64,000 nucleotides of DNA from Octopus bimaculoides (taxonomy: Eukaryota), in the NCBI RefSeq assembly GCF_001194135.2, contig NC_068982.1, positions 125,486,796-125,550,795 of the forward strand, read 5' to 3'. Positions 11,874-26,170 of the stretch are shown piece by piece. The notes below the pieces were generated by a model. That model ran no database searches. It had not been told where the DNA came from and saw only the letters and a list, made by a program, of their open reading frames with translations. Both the position numbers and the translations under genes were made by a program. The first letter of the stretch is position 1, and every line of letters begins with the position of its first letter.

Positions 11874-14145
11874 ATACGCCCATTTCGTTAATTATCGCTG
11901 TCTCTTTATTTCTACGCCATGCCGTTTACATTATTCTGTATAGTAAATATTTTCTGAAGTCCTTTCACTTGAAATATTATTCACTCACGTCGCATACATC
12001 CTATTTTCAATTTTCACTTCCATTCCAGTACTTACTATAAGCTTCCTTTCCCTTGGGTGAAAGGCCGATTAGGCCACCGAACGAGTTCTGAATGTGAGAG
12101 CGAGAATAATAATGATTTCAACCACAAGGATAAGCTCACAAATTTCTTTCAGAATGGGTAGAGTTCTTTTATGCGAATCCACTCCTTAGCTGCTTACGTA
12201 TATTATTTGCCTTGCAAGGGTGAAGGATAATATTAGCAAATGTGAGAAGGGAAAGTAAAAGTTACTGGATAAATCGTCGATTCTGTCACGTATTTCTTTT
12301 GAGATCTGATATAATTACCTTCTCGAATCATGCTCACTTATTAGGGCCGGTTTGCCGGTCCGTCGCAGGGTTACTCATCTTTACCAGCTGAGTGGACGGG
12401 AGCAACGTTAAATGATGTGTTTTGCTCAAGAAAACAACGCATTACCCAGTCCAGGAATCGAAACCACAATCTTACGATCATGAATTCAACACCCTAACCA
12501 CTAAGCCACGCGTCTCCACTTTACATCTGATATGATTGATATCAGGAATCTTATCTTTTACTTTTTCAGTCAATGTACTGCGGCTATGCTGGAGCACCAC
12601 TTAGAAAGGTTTTAGTCGAGCACATCAATTCTAGTGTGTTTTTTTAAAAAAAAACTCTGGTGCTTATTCTTTCGATCTCTTTTGCTGAACGTTTTAAGTT
12701 ACGGGGACGTAAGCAAACAAACACCAGTTGTCAAGCGGTGGAGGTGGGACGAACACAAACACACATGTATACGTTAGAAACTGTGTGGAAGTTCGTTGTG
12801 CGTGTATATATATATTATATACATAGGCGTGGCTGTGTGGTAAGAAGCTTGCTTCCCAATCACATGATTCCGGGTTCATTCCCACTGCATGGCACCTTGG
12901 GCAAGTGTCTTCTACTATAGCTTCGGGCCAACCAGAACCTTGTGAGTGGATTTGGTAGACAAAAACTGCAAGAAGCTAGTCGCATATATATGTGAAATTG
13001 CGTGTGACCCTCTGATGAGGATTTGCTATGATTGATAAAAAAATAAAAATAAATAAGTGGAAATTTTACCGGTGTATGTGTTAAATTATAAGGCACCAAA
13101 AGAGACACAACAGTATATATATATATATATGTATGTATGTATATATATATATGTATGTATATATATATACACACACACATATGTATATATAAANNNNNNN
13201 NNNNNNNNNNNNNNNNNNNNNNNNNNNNNNNNNNNNNNNNNNNNNNNNNNNNNNNNNNNNNNNNNNNNNNNNNNNNNNNNNNNNNNNNNNNNNNNNNNNN
13301 NNNNNNNNNNNNNNNNNNNNNNNNNNNNNNNNNNNNNNNNNNNNNNNNNNNNNNNNNNNNNNNNNNNNNNNNNNNNNNNNNNNNNNNNNNNNNNNNNNNN
13401 NNNNNNNNNNNNNNNNNNNNNNNNNNNNNNNNNNNNNNNNNNNNNNNNNNNNNNNNNNNNNNNNNNNNNNNNNNNNNNNNNNNNNNNNNNNNNNNNNNNN
13501 NNNNNNNNNNNNNNNNNNNNNNNNNNNNNNNNNNNNNNNNNNNNNNNNNNNNNNNNNNNNNNNNNNNNNNNNNNNNNNNNNNNNNNNNNNNNNNNNNNAT
13601 ATATATATATATATATATATATATACTTTATTGAAAAGCAGCAAAAATATCACAGACTGTTACTCAGTTTCACATTCCTGTTTGTCGGACAGTTTTGTTT
13701 ACAATGGAACGAAAAAAAAAGGTTGTACGCAAACATATACAATTAGTTTAATGGATACACATTTGAAAATGGTTTTGTTTCATTGATCCTCTCAGCTACC
13801 GGTCGTTACAACGACCAGTTGCCTGCAATGAACAACTTTCGGTATAAAATCATTTTATTGTCAAATCGAAGAAAACCTTAAATCAAATAAAGCTTATAAA
13901 AGGACAGATTCTAAATACCTAGGGTAAATAATTATTCGTAAAATATTAATCAATTAATACATTAAAAGTTATATCCGTTTTTAAAAAATGTTTCACGTTG
14001 GATTACATTTACATTTAGCAGCATATGCACTTACTAAACCCTCTATAATATACATATATACACTAAAACATACCGACGCATGTACATAGCTACATACATG
14101 TACAGACATATATAGGCGGACATAAACATATATAAAAATAGCTAA

Positions 14146-14185
<40 letters not shown>

Positions 14186-14756
14186 ACTCACACATGCACG
14201 CGCACAAAATTTCCTGGCGTATGCTTATACAAGTTAGTTGTTACAGGCAAAAGAAAGAGAAGGAACACAATAAGTATGGGGAGGAGGAAGAAAATAGTGG
14301 AGAAGAAGAAAAAGAAAGAGAAACAGAAAAATAGCGAGAGAAAAGGGAAAATAGATAGGGATAGTGAATGCTACATAATGGCGTTCGCAAGTAACCAACA
14401 ACGTTTAGATACATCATATAGTTTGCGCAACTAACACATAAAAACGAACATATAAAAGTACATGTATATCTAGATAAGTGTAAATATATATACATATGTA
14501 AATATCCATATGTGCGTATATTTACAAATATACGCACATATGGATACTATATAAATATACAAAAATATGTACGCAAATACATGCTCACATATATAAAAGT
14601 ATACGCACATATCCATACACATCTATATATGTATGCACACACATATGTATATGTACATATATATACACACATATACATACGCATATGCATACGTAAATAT
14701 ACATACATACATACATATAAATATAAATATATAGATATATCTACGTCATGATGTAT

Positions 14757-15330
14757 ATTACTCTTTACTCTTTTACTCTTTTACTTGTTTCAGTCATTTG
14801 ACTGCGGCCATGCTGGCGCACCGCCTTTAGTCGAGAAAATCGACCCCAGGACTTATTCTTTGGAAGCCTAGTACTTATTTTATTCGTCTCTTTTTNNNNN
14901 NNNNNNNNNNNNNNNNNNNNNNNNNNNNNNNNNNNNNNNNNNNNNNNNNNNNNNNNNNNNNNNNNNNNNNNNNNNNNNNNNNNNNNNNNNNNNNNNNNNN
15001 NNNNNNNNNNNNNNNNNNNNNNNNNNNNNNNNNNNNNNNNNNNNNNNNNNNNNNNNNNNNNNNNNNNNNNNNNNNNNNNNNNNNNNNNNNNNNNNNNNNN
15101 NNNNNNNNNNNNNNNNNNNNNNNNNNNNNNNNNNNNNNNNNNNNNNNNNNATATACATATATACATATATACGATGGGCTTCTTTCAGTTTCCGTCTACC
15201 AAATCCACTCAAGGCTTTGGTCGGCCCGAGGCTATAGTAGAAGACACTTGCCCAAGGTGCCACGCAGTGGGACTGAACCCGGAACCATGTGGTTGGTAAG
15301 TAAGCTACTTACCACACCAGCCACTCCTGC
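14757..15330 (-). mobile_element. SINE family A copy spanning a gap
   Basis: Reverse complement of the 9940-10345 element; tail at about 14760, head at about 15330. Confidence 0.85.
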
Positions 15331-15829
15331 GACTATATACATCTACATATGTATGCACACACATATGTATATGTACATATATATACACACATACACATAC
15401 GCATATGCATAGGTAAACACACACACATGTTTATACATACATACATACATACATACATACATACATACATACATACATACATACACATAAGTATAAATAT
15501 ATAGATATATCTACGTCATAACGTATGTATGCAAATAATTTTTAAAGAAATTGCCCGGTGTGTATATTAAAATGTAAAATGTAAAATAACATAATTAAAT
15601 ACGTGAGTAAAAATAAAAATAAAAATAAAATAATAAAAAATAAACTTCGGCAAAGCTTAAGCTTAAAATTAAATTTATAAAACAGCCGAAAAGTTTCTTA
15701 AAGATGAATTTGAAATAAACGTTAGCGTTGCGATGCAAAATAACTATTCCATGTAAAGTCAAATTCAAATAACACAGTAAAAAATATATATATTTCGAAA
15801 GTCAAAACACGGTATTTTGTCGGTTGACA

Positions 15830-16363
15830 TTTTAAATTTTGTGGCGTGCCTGCAGGAATGTAAGAGCTCGCGTCTCTAGTTCAAAGCATTTTTTATCTCG
15901 GAACAAGATGAAGAACTTTTCTGAGAGTCAAAGATTACATTTCATAGGTCCTTTATAAGCTCCATGTCTGTATGCTGATACTTTTTCTAGAATTTTCCAG
16001 GTTACATTGAAAGGACGGGTCTCATTCTCTTTCAATTCCCAGACATGCTTTGCAAGACTAGTCGCTGTCCTTTTCTCGGGGTATCGGAAAGAATTTCGGT
16101 GGGAATAGAATCGAGTCTTGAATGAATTTTCTGAAGCCCCTGTGTATGTTTTCTATACCTGTGAGCCATTTATTTGCACTTTGGCTTTATAAACAATGCC
16201 TTTTCCAAGACATTTTCCTTCCAACGGACAGCAAGTCTCATCTTTGCAGTAGCAATTCCTCAGATTAGATTCGGCACTGTAGGTGTCTGTAATGATTTTT
16301 GTATATAAATACACCAGAGTAAGCGACTATTCTTGCAAAGCATGTCTGGGAATTGAAAGAGAA
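15830..16363 (-). mobile_element. Penelope-like retroelement 3' fragment (GIY-YIG endonuclease)
   Basis: RNCYCKDETCCPLEGKCLGKGIVYKAKV..TYTGASENSFKTRFYSHRNSF..SLAKHVWELKE..WKILE..KCNL*LSEKFFIL. Confidence 0.9.
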
Positions 16364-16573
16364 AATAACCTAACGGTTCGGCAAAAATGACCGATAGAAT
16401 AAGTGCTAGGGTTATAAACAATAAGTCCTGGGGTCAACTTCTTCGACTAAAAGCCTTTAAGATGGTGATCCAGCATGGAACGTTAAATAAAGAATTATAC
16501 AAAATCTGACTGCCTCCTTTATCTGAATATACAATATCTGTTCATCATTTCAAACTCTCTATACATAGAGTCG

Positions 16574-17170
16574 TTAATCTGTAGCGAGTGATTGAGTTTC
16601 TTCATCCAGATGGGTGCGAAGGGTGTCGGTGCTTGGTTGGTTGCTCAGGCCAAGAGTGGTATAGAAGAGCTGGGGGAATTTATCGCAGATGGTTGGCGGG
16701 GGATCAAGAAATGCAAGTTGCTCTTCGTGTCCTCGACGTCTGAACTCTGCTTCTTGACGTCTGTTATTTTCCATCGGGTCCGTTCCCTTGACGATGAAAT
16801 GCCGCCACTTTGGGAGATCCTTGGTGATTATCTCCAAGGTATTTGGGTCAATGAAGCAACGGAAGAGAGTGGCCTTGAGCTGATCTCGGAAACGAAATTT
16901 GGGGGCTCGACGTAGTCTGGTGCCTGAGGTCAACTTTGCAAAGAGGAGTTGACGGAGGAGGCAGTGCCATGCCATGGTAGCTTCACTATTGGGCAGTCTG
17001 GTCTGGAGAAGGACCTCTTGATTGGTAATATAGTCCTTCCATCGAATACCCATGATTGCGCGAAGATTGAGCCGTAGGAAACGTTTGATTTTCTTCAAGT
17101 CACATTGATACAACACATACATCTCACAACCGTAGAGGAGTGTGGAAAGGACGACAGCTCGGAATACCTC
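16574..17170 (-). mobile_element. RTE/BovB-type LINE 3' fragment
   Basis: [57 protein letters not shown] is the post-RT region of RTE ORF2. Confidence 0.9.
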
Positions 17171-18029
17171 ATACACACACATCCATACACACACACACAC
17201 ACACACGCACGCACACACGCACGCACACACGCACACGCACGCGCACGCACACACACGCACACACACACACATATGTATGACGAACTTCCACACAGTTTCC
17301 GACTATCAATATTCACTCAGAGAGCATTGCTCGATTAGTCATTCTAGGGCTAGAGTAGATCACAACTGGCCATGGTTCCATGCAATAGGATCGAACCCAG
17401 AATTATAAGGTTGCAAAGCGAGCTTCTTAACGACACACTCATGCCTTTCTAAATTCGTAACAGAGGAGCCCAAATTTGGGGCAAAGCACAAAGGCATGGT
17501 TCACCACAACAAGGAATATAATAGACGATGATCCGAGAACACGACAAATATTTAGTTCATTGACTCTGAGATGTTAAGGAGAATTGACCTCTGTCGAACT
17601 CAGAATGTAAACGTTATGAATGACTTCTACAAAGCCCTAAAATCATCGCTCTATGTCTTGTTGCCATTATATCACCTATAGAGCTGATATTGGTAGAATT
17701 ACCAGTTCTCTACCGAAAAAATGTGAGGTAAGTCTAAAGCCTAAAGAAAAAAATATTTTGTAGCGTTTCATCATCATTCAGCTGGCATTTGATTTTGTGG
17801 CATGATAAACAGATGTTGGCTCTGAAAACTTTCAGGACTTATCTTTTTGCAGGTTGCTATTTTCACCAAGATAAACTTTATATAAAATAAATAAGAAATA
17901 AGTAAATAAACTAAAACGGAACCAAATCTGACCAAAGATAACTAAATTAAGATTATTTATCGCGTTTTAAGTACACATCTCTACACATACCAACCTAACA
18001 AATTTGGTTGACATGTATATGTATATCTA

Positions 18030-18901
18030 CGAGGTCTGATCAATAAGTATCCGGACGGTTGCCATAGTAACGAAGCTAAAGCACACAGAGTAAGTAAAAC
18101 TGCTCGGCAAATATTGCCCTTGAAATCTGCTGTGCATGCGCACTAAGTTTTAACGTTCTAACTCACTTCCGCTGTTTACAGCAGTGCTTGGAAGGAAGGT
18201 GTGTAGCGTGTGCTCGTCGCATTGACCATGACAGAATAAGTTGTCATGGCGATACCTGCTGAGAGGCCTGCGCAAAGTTGCAGAAAATGTATGGAGAGGA
18301 GTGTATGAGCCGCACAGAAGTGTACGAGTGGTTCAGACGTTTCCAAAGTGGTAGAAAAAAATGTCGATATTGACGAACGTTCTGGGAGATTTGCAACCAG
18401 CGGAACTGAGAAAATCATCACAGATGTGCGTGCAGCTGTGGGGAGAAATCGTCGAAATACCATCCGTGAGTTATCGGTTCAGTTCAGTCCATTATCACTG
18501 AAGATTTGGGGATGAGACACATGTCTGACAAGTTTGCACTCAAACTGCTTTCAGCTGACCAAAGAGACACTCGGGTTTAAGTTTCACAAGATCTCCTTTA
18601 TTGCGTCGAGAGCAATGAAAACTTTTTGAAAACTTTGCGTGGGCCTCTGAGCAGGTATCGCTAAGCTTTTGGCACAATTTGATGCAGATTCTCTGCTCAA
18701 CCTTCTCTGTCATGGTCAGTGCAACGATCACACGCTACACACCTTCTTTCAAAGCACTGCTGTAAACAGCAGAAGGAGCAAGTACGTTAAAACTTAGTGC
18801 GCATGCACAACAACGTTCAAGGTCAATCTGTGCCAAGTGGCTTTACTTGTGGGCTTTAGCTTCGTTACTATGGTAACACTCCGGTTATTGAGCAGACCAC
18901 G
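18030..18901 (+). mobile_element. Non-autonomous mariner with ~270-bp inverted arms
   Basis: TA flanks on both sides. Termini CGAGGTCTGATCAATAAG and TTATTGAGCAGACCACG. The centre encodes a mariner N-terminus (EVYEWFRRFQSG..DERSGR). Confidence 0.92.
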
Positions 18902-18937
<36 letters not shown>

Positions 18938-18956
18938 TGTGTGTGTGTGTGTTTGT

Positions 18957-18992
<36 letters not shown>

Positions 18993-19018
18993 NNNNNNNN
19001 NNNNNNNNNNNNNNNNNN

Positions 19019-19117
<99 letters not shown>

Positions 19118-19559
19118 ATATACATAAATAAAGACACACAAAGTAAATTTAATGTGTGGCGGAACGGTTTAGAAGTTCGCTTTGCGAACTCAAGGTTTCG
19201 ACTTCGATCCGACTGCGATGCGTCTTGGAAAAATGTCATTTTCTATAACCTTTTCTCGACCCCAGACTTTGTTAGTCACATTGGGTAGATGGAAGTTGTA
19301 TTGAACACCAGTGAATGGATTAAACAGTTGTTCCAAAAGGCACATCCTCACCACACATGCTTATTCCGTCTGATAAGTACATTAAAGGTACACTTGTCTA
19401 TGGAATCCTCAGCCATTTACATGTTAATTCAAGAACGGGTAATTTAATTTGATTGAGCAACTGAATCCTCACTGTTTAACGACGGAGATCCACAAAACTG
19501 AATATGAGATCTTTTGAAAAATTTTCTAATATCAAAGAAAACTTAGGTACATTTATCTC

Positions 19560-20330
19560 ATTCTTGTTACATCACCTCACTTACATAGCAGCTTTCAATG
19601 AGTCCTTGGTATTACAAAACTGCCGATTGGTCACCAACGCCATTTTCTTTAGATGCCCCAGTCGTGGTAATCCATGGTGTTCCAGGGAGTGAGGAGATCA
19701 CATGCTAGCAGTCACATAATCGTGAAATTTTTAGGCCGGACATTCGCAAGTCATGAGGGTCGTGTGAAAGGGATGCAGAGTCTTGCAGGAATGTGTTCAG
19801 CTTTCCTTAGGCCAGCCCTCCGTTCGTAACTCAAGCACTGTATCTAATATCTCGATGTAGTTGGTGATATTGGCCTTGAGACCCTGTAACATGTAAGGCA
19901 GCATTGCATGACCCTCATTTCTCATGACCCACCCAGGATCATGAGAGAAACAATGTGAGAGAAACAATGTGGAAACAATGTGCTTCACAGTCTGTGCTTT
20001 GATAGGGTGCACACAACACCATGTATCACTCTTTCTGTTCACCTTCTGGTCCTGGTCGAAGTTCACTTCGGAGAAAACCAGAGAATTGCTCAATTCTCGA
20101 TGTGTTCAGAATTTATTCAGCAATTACTTCGATCGGATCACACGATTCTCTTGGAACTTATCGGATACGAACTGTCTTCTCCTCACCATGTACTGACGTC
20201 CTCGGCATCGTGCGTCTGATAAATAGACTCCGATTCATTGAGTTGCTTGGTGATGACCCTCGTCGGCTTTCAGATTTATAGTCCATATCCTGGGCGAACT
20301 TTGACTTCCTGACGACCAGCCTCTGATTTA
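19560..20330 (-). mobile_element. maT/DD37D-type transposase fragment, degenerate
   Basis: VFSEVNFDQDQKVNRKSD..NEGHAMLPY..GLKANITNYIEILDTV..FLQDSA..NFHDYVT, followed by a degenerate SPDLNPMDY. Confidence 0.8.
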
Positions 20331-20542
20331 CGAAAATGTTTTTGTTTTTTTTTCTTCTTTTAACAACGGTTGACATGTGCTATCGTTCCTTGGGACGAGG
20401 AGACTAAAATTCTATCAACTCGATTATCTGCTAGTGCTAACGTCTGTTGCCCAAGTGAGCAATGTAAGTCAATCAACTTGACGTCATACATGCTTTAAGG
20501 AAATAAACAGTAAACATATCCTTATTTGGAAAATGTATGTTT

Positions 20543-20638
<96 letters not shown>

Positions 20639-20959
20639 CCTTATTTAGAAAATACTTCCTCACCCAAATTACACCGATATTAATTTTGGGTTTGAAATAA
20701 AATATTATCGTTCTTCTCTGTTCATTTATTTAGTTTCATATTACTTAGTTTCTGTTACTTCGTCTTACAGGTCTCGAAAACATCCGCCAATGAGGTCATG
20801 CTATTCTTGTCTCCCTCAGCAGTAAAGAAACACAGTCACAGTAATATAACAGCTAGCATCATCATTATCATCACCATCACAGTCTTTGAGCATCAACAGC
20901 ACATAGTAAAAGCCTTCGCGATCGCTTTAAATGTTAAGCCTTATATTTAGGAGTGATCT

Positions 20960-21175
20960 CCCCTGGCAAACGCACTCCTTTAACATAGCAATAGCTATAG
21001 GTCAAAGACTTCTCTTCAGAACCAAAATATACTAATATACTTCAGACTGTAGCAACTACTAATCCTCTGCAAAACTTGGGTGTAATCTTCTATGGAATAC
21101 TGTTACTATATCTGGAACGGTGGTGATGCTACAAACGCTGACATCGAAGATCGCATCCACAGAAAGTCACTCACA
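20960..21175 (+). mobile_element. CR1/Jockey-like LINE ORF2 fragment
   Basis: SDLPWQTH..MEYCYYIWNGG..EDRIHRK is a post-RT CR1-type motif. Confidence 0.6.
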
Positions 21176-21236
21176 AATACGTTCTAGCCTCTGATCCACA
21201 AATGTGCTATCTCCTCTCTCTCTCTCTCCCTCTCTC

Positions 21237-21286
<50 letters not shown>

Positions 21287-21333
21287 NNNNNNNNNNNNNN
21301 NNNNNNNNNNNNNNNNNNNNNNNNNNNNNNNNN

Positions 21334-21386
<53 letters not shown>

Positions 21387-22358
21387 GCGTTCTATCGCTT
21401 CACAAATACTTTGTAAGTGGAATTTAACTGACAGATATTGTATGTATAGAGGCCCGTCGAGTGGATTGTACCTGTATTTAGAAGATACAATCATATCATA
21501 CATTGATTCTGCTTGAACATTACATTAAGGGTACAAGTGACTGTAGAATACTCAGCCACTTATAAGTTAACTGAGGACAGGTAATGCAGTTGATAGAACA
21601 ACCGAGTCATCATCGTCGAACAACGCAGATCTCCCGCAATATAGACCATTCGTTATTCTGTAAACAGTTTATTTGCTCTCGTTAAGTATATATTAACTTT
21701 ACAGCTCAACTTATCTACAACTTCATCCAAAATTTTTTTTCTTCTGCTTTTATTAAAATGACCTTTAAAAATTCAGGAAGGGAGTTTACCGAGTGACTTT
21801 TGACTTTTACCTGCAAATTCAGTTCTTATATCTTTAGTTTCAAATTTAAACAAATGAAATCCACGAATAAATAGAGATTAGTTAACACATAGTTTAGAAA
21901 AAAGAGAGAGGGAGAGAAACAAAATTTCAAGTAAATTATATACTCTCAATTTTTTTTTCTTCCTTAATTAAAGAATAGGGCTCGGTCTCATGGCATTTGC
22001 AAAACCTGCTTGACACGAAGTAGATAATACGGAAAGTGGGCAGGATGTGCAGTTTGCTACTTTTGAGGAACATATGTTGAGCTAAAACAACAGCAGTTGA
22101 CGTCGCAGGGAAAAGAAAATGTGCCTCGGTAAGACGGTGGTCATAGTTAATTAGTGAATTAATCATTGTCAGCAGAATCGTCAGGTTTGAATAAAAACAA
22201 AACCGTACCAAAGTGAAACTGTCTAAGCAGGGGTACGCGTAAACTGAGCTACAATTGTATTTGTGAGGCGGCCATAATAGGTTTTCAAAGATTGTGAAGT
22301 CAATAATTTGTACTGATTTTGTGACTTTATATATATATATAGCTATATTGGCAACTGT

Positions 22359-22744
22359 GGAGGCGCAATGGCCCATTGGTTACGGCAGCGGACTCACGGT
22401 CATAGGATCGCGGTTTCGATTCTCAGACCGGGCGTTGTGAGTGTTGATTGAGCGAAAACACCTAAAGCTCCACGAGGCTCCGGCAGGGGATGGTGGCGAA
22501 CCTTGCTGTACTCTTTCACCAAAAACTGTCTCTCACTCTTACTTCCTGTTTCTGATGTACCTGTAATTCAAAGGGTCAGCCTTAAGGGTACACGTGTCTG
22601 TGGAATGCTCAGCCACTTGCACGTNNNNNNNNNNAAAGGGTCAGCCTTAAGGGTACACGTGTCTGTGGAATGCTCAGCCACTTGCACGTTAATTTCACGA
22701 GCAGGCTGTTCCGTTGATCGGATCAACGGAAGCGACGGAGTGCC
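22359..22744 (+). mobile_element. tRNA-derived SINE (family B)
   Basis: Head GGAGGCGCAATGGCCCATTGGTTA..GGTTTCGATTC and tail ..GACGGAGTGCCA. Near-identical to 25806-26170 and 50913-51269. Confidence 0.85.
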
Positions 22745-22801
22745 ACTATACTGGCAACTAAAGTATGTATTTGTGCATGTATGTGTATGACTGAACGTAT
22801 G

Positions 22802-22890
<89 letters not shown>

Positions 22891-23713
22891 ATGCATGTAC
22901 ACACACACGTACAAACATACAAACAAGGTAAATTCTTATACTTGTATATAATATACTTGTACATAATTACAACAGCTTAAACATATTCTTACAATATCAT
23001 GAATAATTTTATGATTTTATTCTGAATCCGTCCTTATATGTGCTGTATATGGCGTAGGAGCACCACCCTTTGGAAGATAGGCACACCAGGACATCCAGTT
23101 GAAGACCACCTTCTGACCAATGGGTGCTTTTTGCGGAATTACAGTCACTCAGACCAAGCACCTGGTAGAATATTTATTCATCCCCAATGGCGTGTTCCTC
23201 TTCAATATTTTCAACCAAACATTCACAACTGAAACGCTTCAAGAGGTCCACATATAGCTTTAACATAATAGTTTATGTAGAGAACACGGTCTGGAAGACT
23301 TAGACGGTGGGGTGAGGGAAATCACCTCCCCAACAAACTGAACATTTTCACTCACAAACGCAACTCAAGCAAGACCATCTTCTGAACCTCGAAGCATCTG
23401 AAGCCTGTCCAAAGAACAACCTACAAATTCTCCTGCCTTCTAAAGTATAGCCTATCGGTCCCTTGCTAAAAGAATTTACCTACTAACTTTGCAGAATCCT
23501 CCTGTCCTCCACTTCTCATCTATGATTGTTCTGTAAGCAGTAGTCCAGAGAGAAATTTAATGAAAACAATGTCGTTTACCTTTGAAATCAGCAAAGCACT
23601 CTATCATGTCTGTCAAGTGAACCTCTTGGCTTGGCTCCATCTGTCTTTTGTCTTCTTGAACTGGTGGTTTCTGGTCAGATCACCACACCACCGGCAACAT
23701 GTATTGATGGAGG

Positions 23714-23818
<105 letters not shown>

Positions 23819-24179
23819 TCTCTCTATCCCTCTCTCCCCCTCTCTCTCTCTGTTTCAACTGTAGTGTGACCGAATGTCTGATTTGTCTCTTACGCTCTAC
23901 TGCTGTAGTTTATCGACTTACTTGCAATCACATCAATAATACTTACTCTTACGTATATGATGACCTTTCATACCTCTTTAAACTTCTGTACTCAAGTATC
24001 ATCCACATGCAGTCTAGACACTTCAGACAAAACCTGCTCTGGTTCCATGAGAGAAAAACCTCAAAAACACGCTGTAAATATTTCAGTAGCACAAATTACA
24101 ATCACTACACATTTCATGAAAACTGTTGCACACTAGTTCCCTAAATACGAACAGCAAGCAACTAGAACCATCAAGGGAG

Positions 24180-24700
24180 CTAAAAATCCTAGACCTTACC
24201 ACCAGAGACGATCTAACTTGTCCTGTCTTCAATATAAAGAATTCATCACAGATACTGAGTTTTCTTCAAAGCCAAAAAGATTCTCCGTCCACTAACAACT
24301 AGTAACTTTCTAGAAGACTCAGTTAAAAACCGCAATGGAGTTCTGCTCCTACATTTGGAACGGTACTGTTATTACACGCATAAACATCCTGGACCGCATC
24401 CAAAAAAGTCATCTCATCATATCAGTCTTTGACCCACAGAGCTGTTGTCTCCTCCTATCTCAGCCTTTAGCACTTATACTACAGTGACTCTACTCTCGAA
24501 GAAGGCTGGTCTCATACCACCTCCATTCAAACACTTCCGACTTATTTGTATCTCTCATATCGTGTCTAACTTCCCAAGCCCAGCATTAACTTCTCCGCTT
24601 TGTCCTTCCTTGCTAAAACGTTTGTCCCCTGAAATTCTCACTTTGCATATGTTTTTTCTACAACCGTCAATAATTCTTCTGCATGAACGTTAACTGCGTT
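24180..24700 (+). mobile_element. CR1/Jockey-like LINE 3' fragment
   Basis: MEFCSYIWNGT..ILDRIQK..QSLTHR..GLIPPP, across frameshifts. Confidence 0.7.
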
Positions 24701-25805
24701 GGCTCAGTGTTTTGGGAAGGCCAATCAAAGCTATGGGTATAGACCCTTACTTCAGGTTGAACCAGTAAAAAATTAAGTCAATAAAAACATTAATACAAAG
24801 ACAACTTTTACAGCAGTGATGGTTAAATTTCGATTGAATCAAAGTTTTATCAAAATCTGAGGGATTTTAATGAAGATACTACAGGTAAAGAAACTAAATG
24901 TCTAAAAGGTATTTAATATTGTTTATAATTCTAGCATAAGACCAGTATTTTGGAAAGAGGGAACAAGTTGATTAAATCAACGCAGTACTTGATTGATACT
25001 TTATTTTATCGACCCCGAAAAGATGAGAGGCACAGTTGACATCGACAGGATTTGAATTCGGAACGTAAAGTGTCGAAAGAAATGCTACCGCACATTTTGT
25101 TCGACGCGCTGGAGAGTCTAATATGTTGTTGCTAGCATTCAGGTCAGGTCTTAGGTTTGAGAATCCCTTACTCTCTTTCATCAGTTTCGTAGGTCAAAAG
25201 GATCATGGACACAAGATTTCATCCTGATTATGCGATAAAAAAAAAATGCTTCCATCAACTTTAATTGAAATAATAAATAGGAAAACAGGAAGTGAAGAGA
25301 AAATGGGAGATAGAATTAACAAGATGAGAAATAAGGGAGAAAGGGATATGATACTATTTTGTGGTGAATGTTAATAAGACTACAAAAACAATTTCGATCT
25401 GGGAATGAAGCAATTTCATTTCACGTACACGGTCAAATATCTGGTAGCAACTAAATATACATCACAACAACCCATTGCCCTTTCCTGACAAAGTAAGAAC
25501 AACGTCATCCTGTGTCCCCTTTCCTGAAATATACTGGATTTCTTTTTTTACTTTATAAAAAAAAAAAAAAAAATTCATGACATTTTATCTTAAGAGTCTG
25601 AATTAGTTTCATTAGAATTTAAGCTTCCTTTTTATTATCCTTCATGTATTAAATTTTGACATTTTTTTGTTTTACAACTTGAATCTGACTAATTTTGGCC
25701 AGGAACGAAACCTCTTTGCGCATGAGTCAATGAAGAGTTCACTAAATATTCATTCGACGTGTTAAAATGGCATCTTCCTGTGACCTTGAACAGGANNNNN
25801 NNNNN

Positions 25806-26170
25806 GCAATGGCCCCCCGGTGGTTAGGGCAGCAGACTCGCGGTTTCGATTCCCAGACCGGGCGTTGAGTGTTTATTGAGCGAAAACACCTAAAGCTCCA
25901 CGAGGCTCCGGCAGGGGATAGTGGCGAACCCTGCAGTACTCTTTCACCACAACTTTCTCTCACTCTTACTTCCTGTTTCTGTTGTGCCTGTAATTCAAAG
26001 GGTCAACCTTGTCACACTGTGTCACGCTGAATATCCCCGAGAACTACGTTAAGGGTACACGTGTCTGTGGAGTGCTCAGCCACTTGCACGTTAGTTTCAC
26101 GAGCAGGCTGTTCCGTTGATCGGATCAACTGGAACCCTCGATGTCGTAAGCGACGGAGTGCCAACAACAA
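25806..26170 (+). mobile_element. SINE family B copy
   Basis: Same head, body and (CAA)n tail as 22359-22744. Confidence 0.85.

Noticed and set aside
306-13746. Long ORF-track entries rich in X, CV/HT, YI or SL repeats
   Set aside because: Produced by N gaps and dinucleotide microsatellites; not coding.
22359-22430. tRNA gene-like A/B boxes (also at other SINE heads)
   Set aside because: They continue into SINE bodies and lack a proper cloverleaf or acceptor stem, so they are SINE heads rather than tRNA genes.
22570-22689. 55-bp exact tandem duplication inside a SINE
   Set aside because: The copies flank a 10-N placeholder gap, typical of an unmerged contig overlap.
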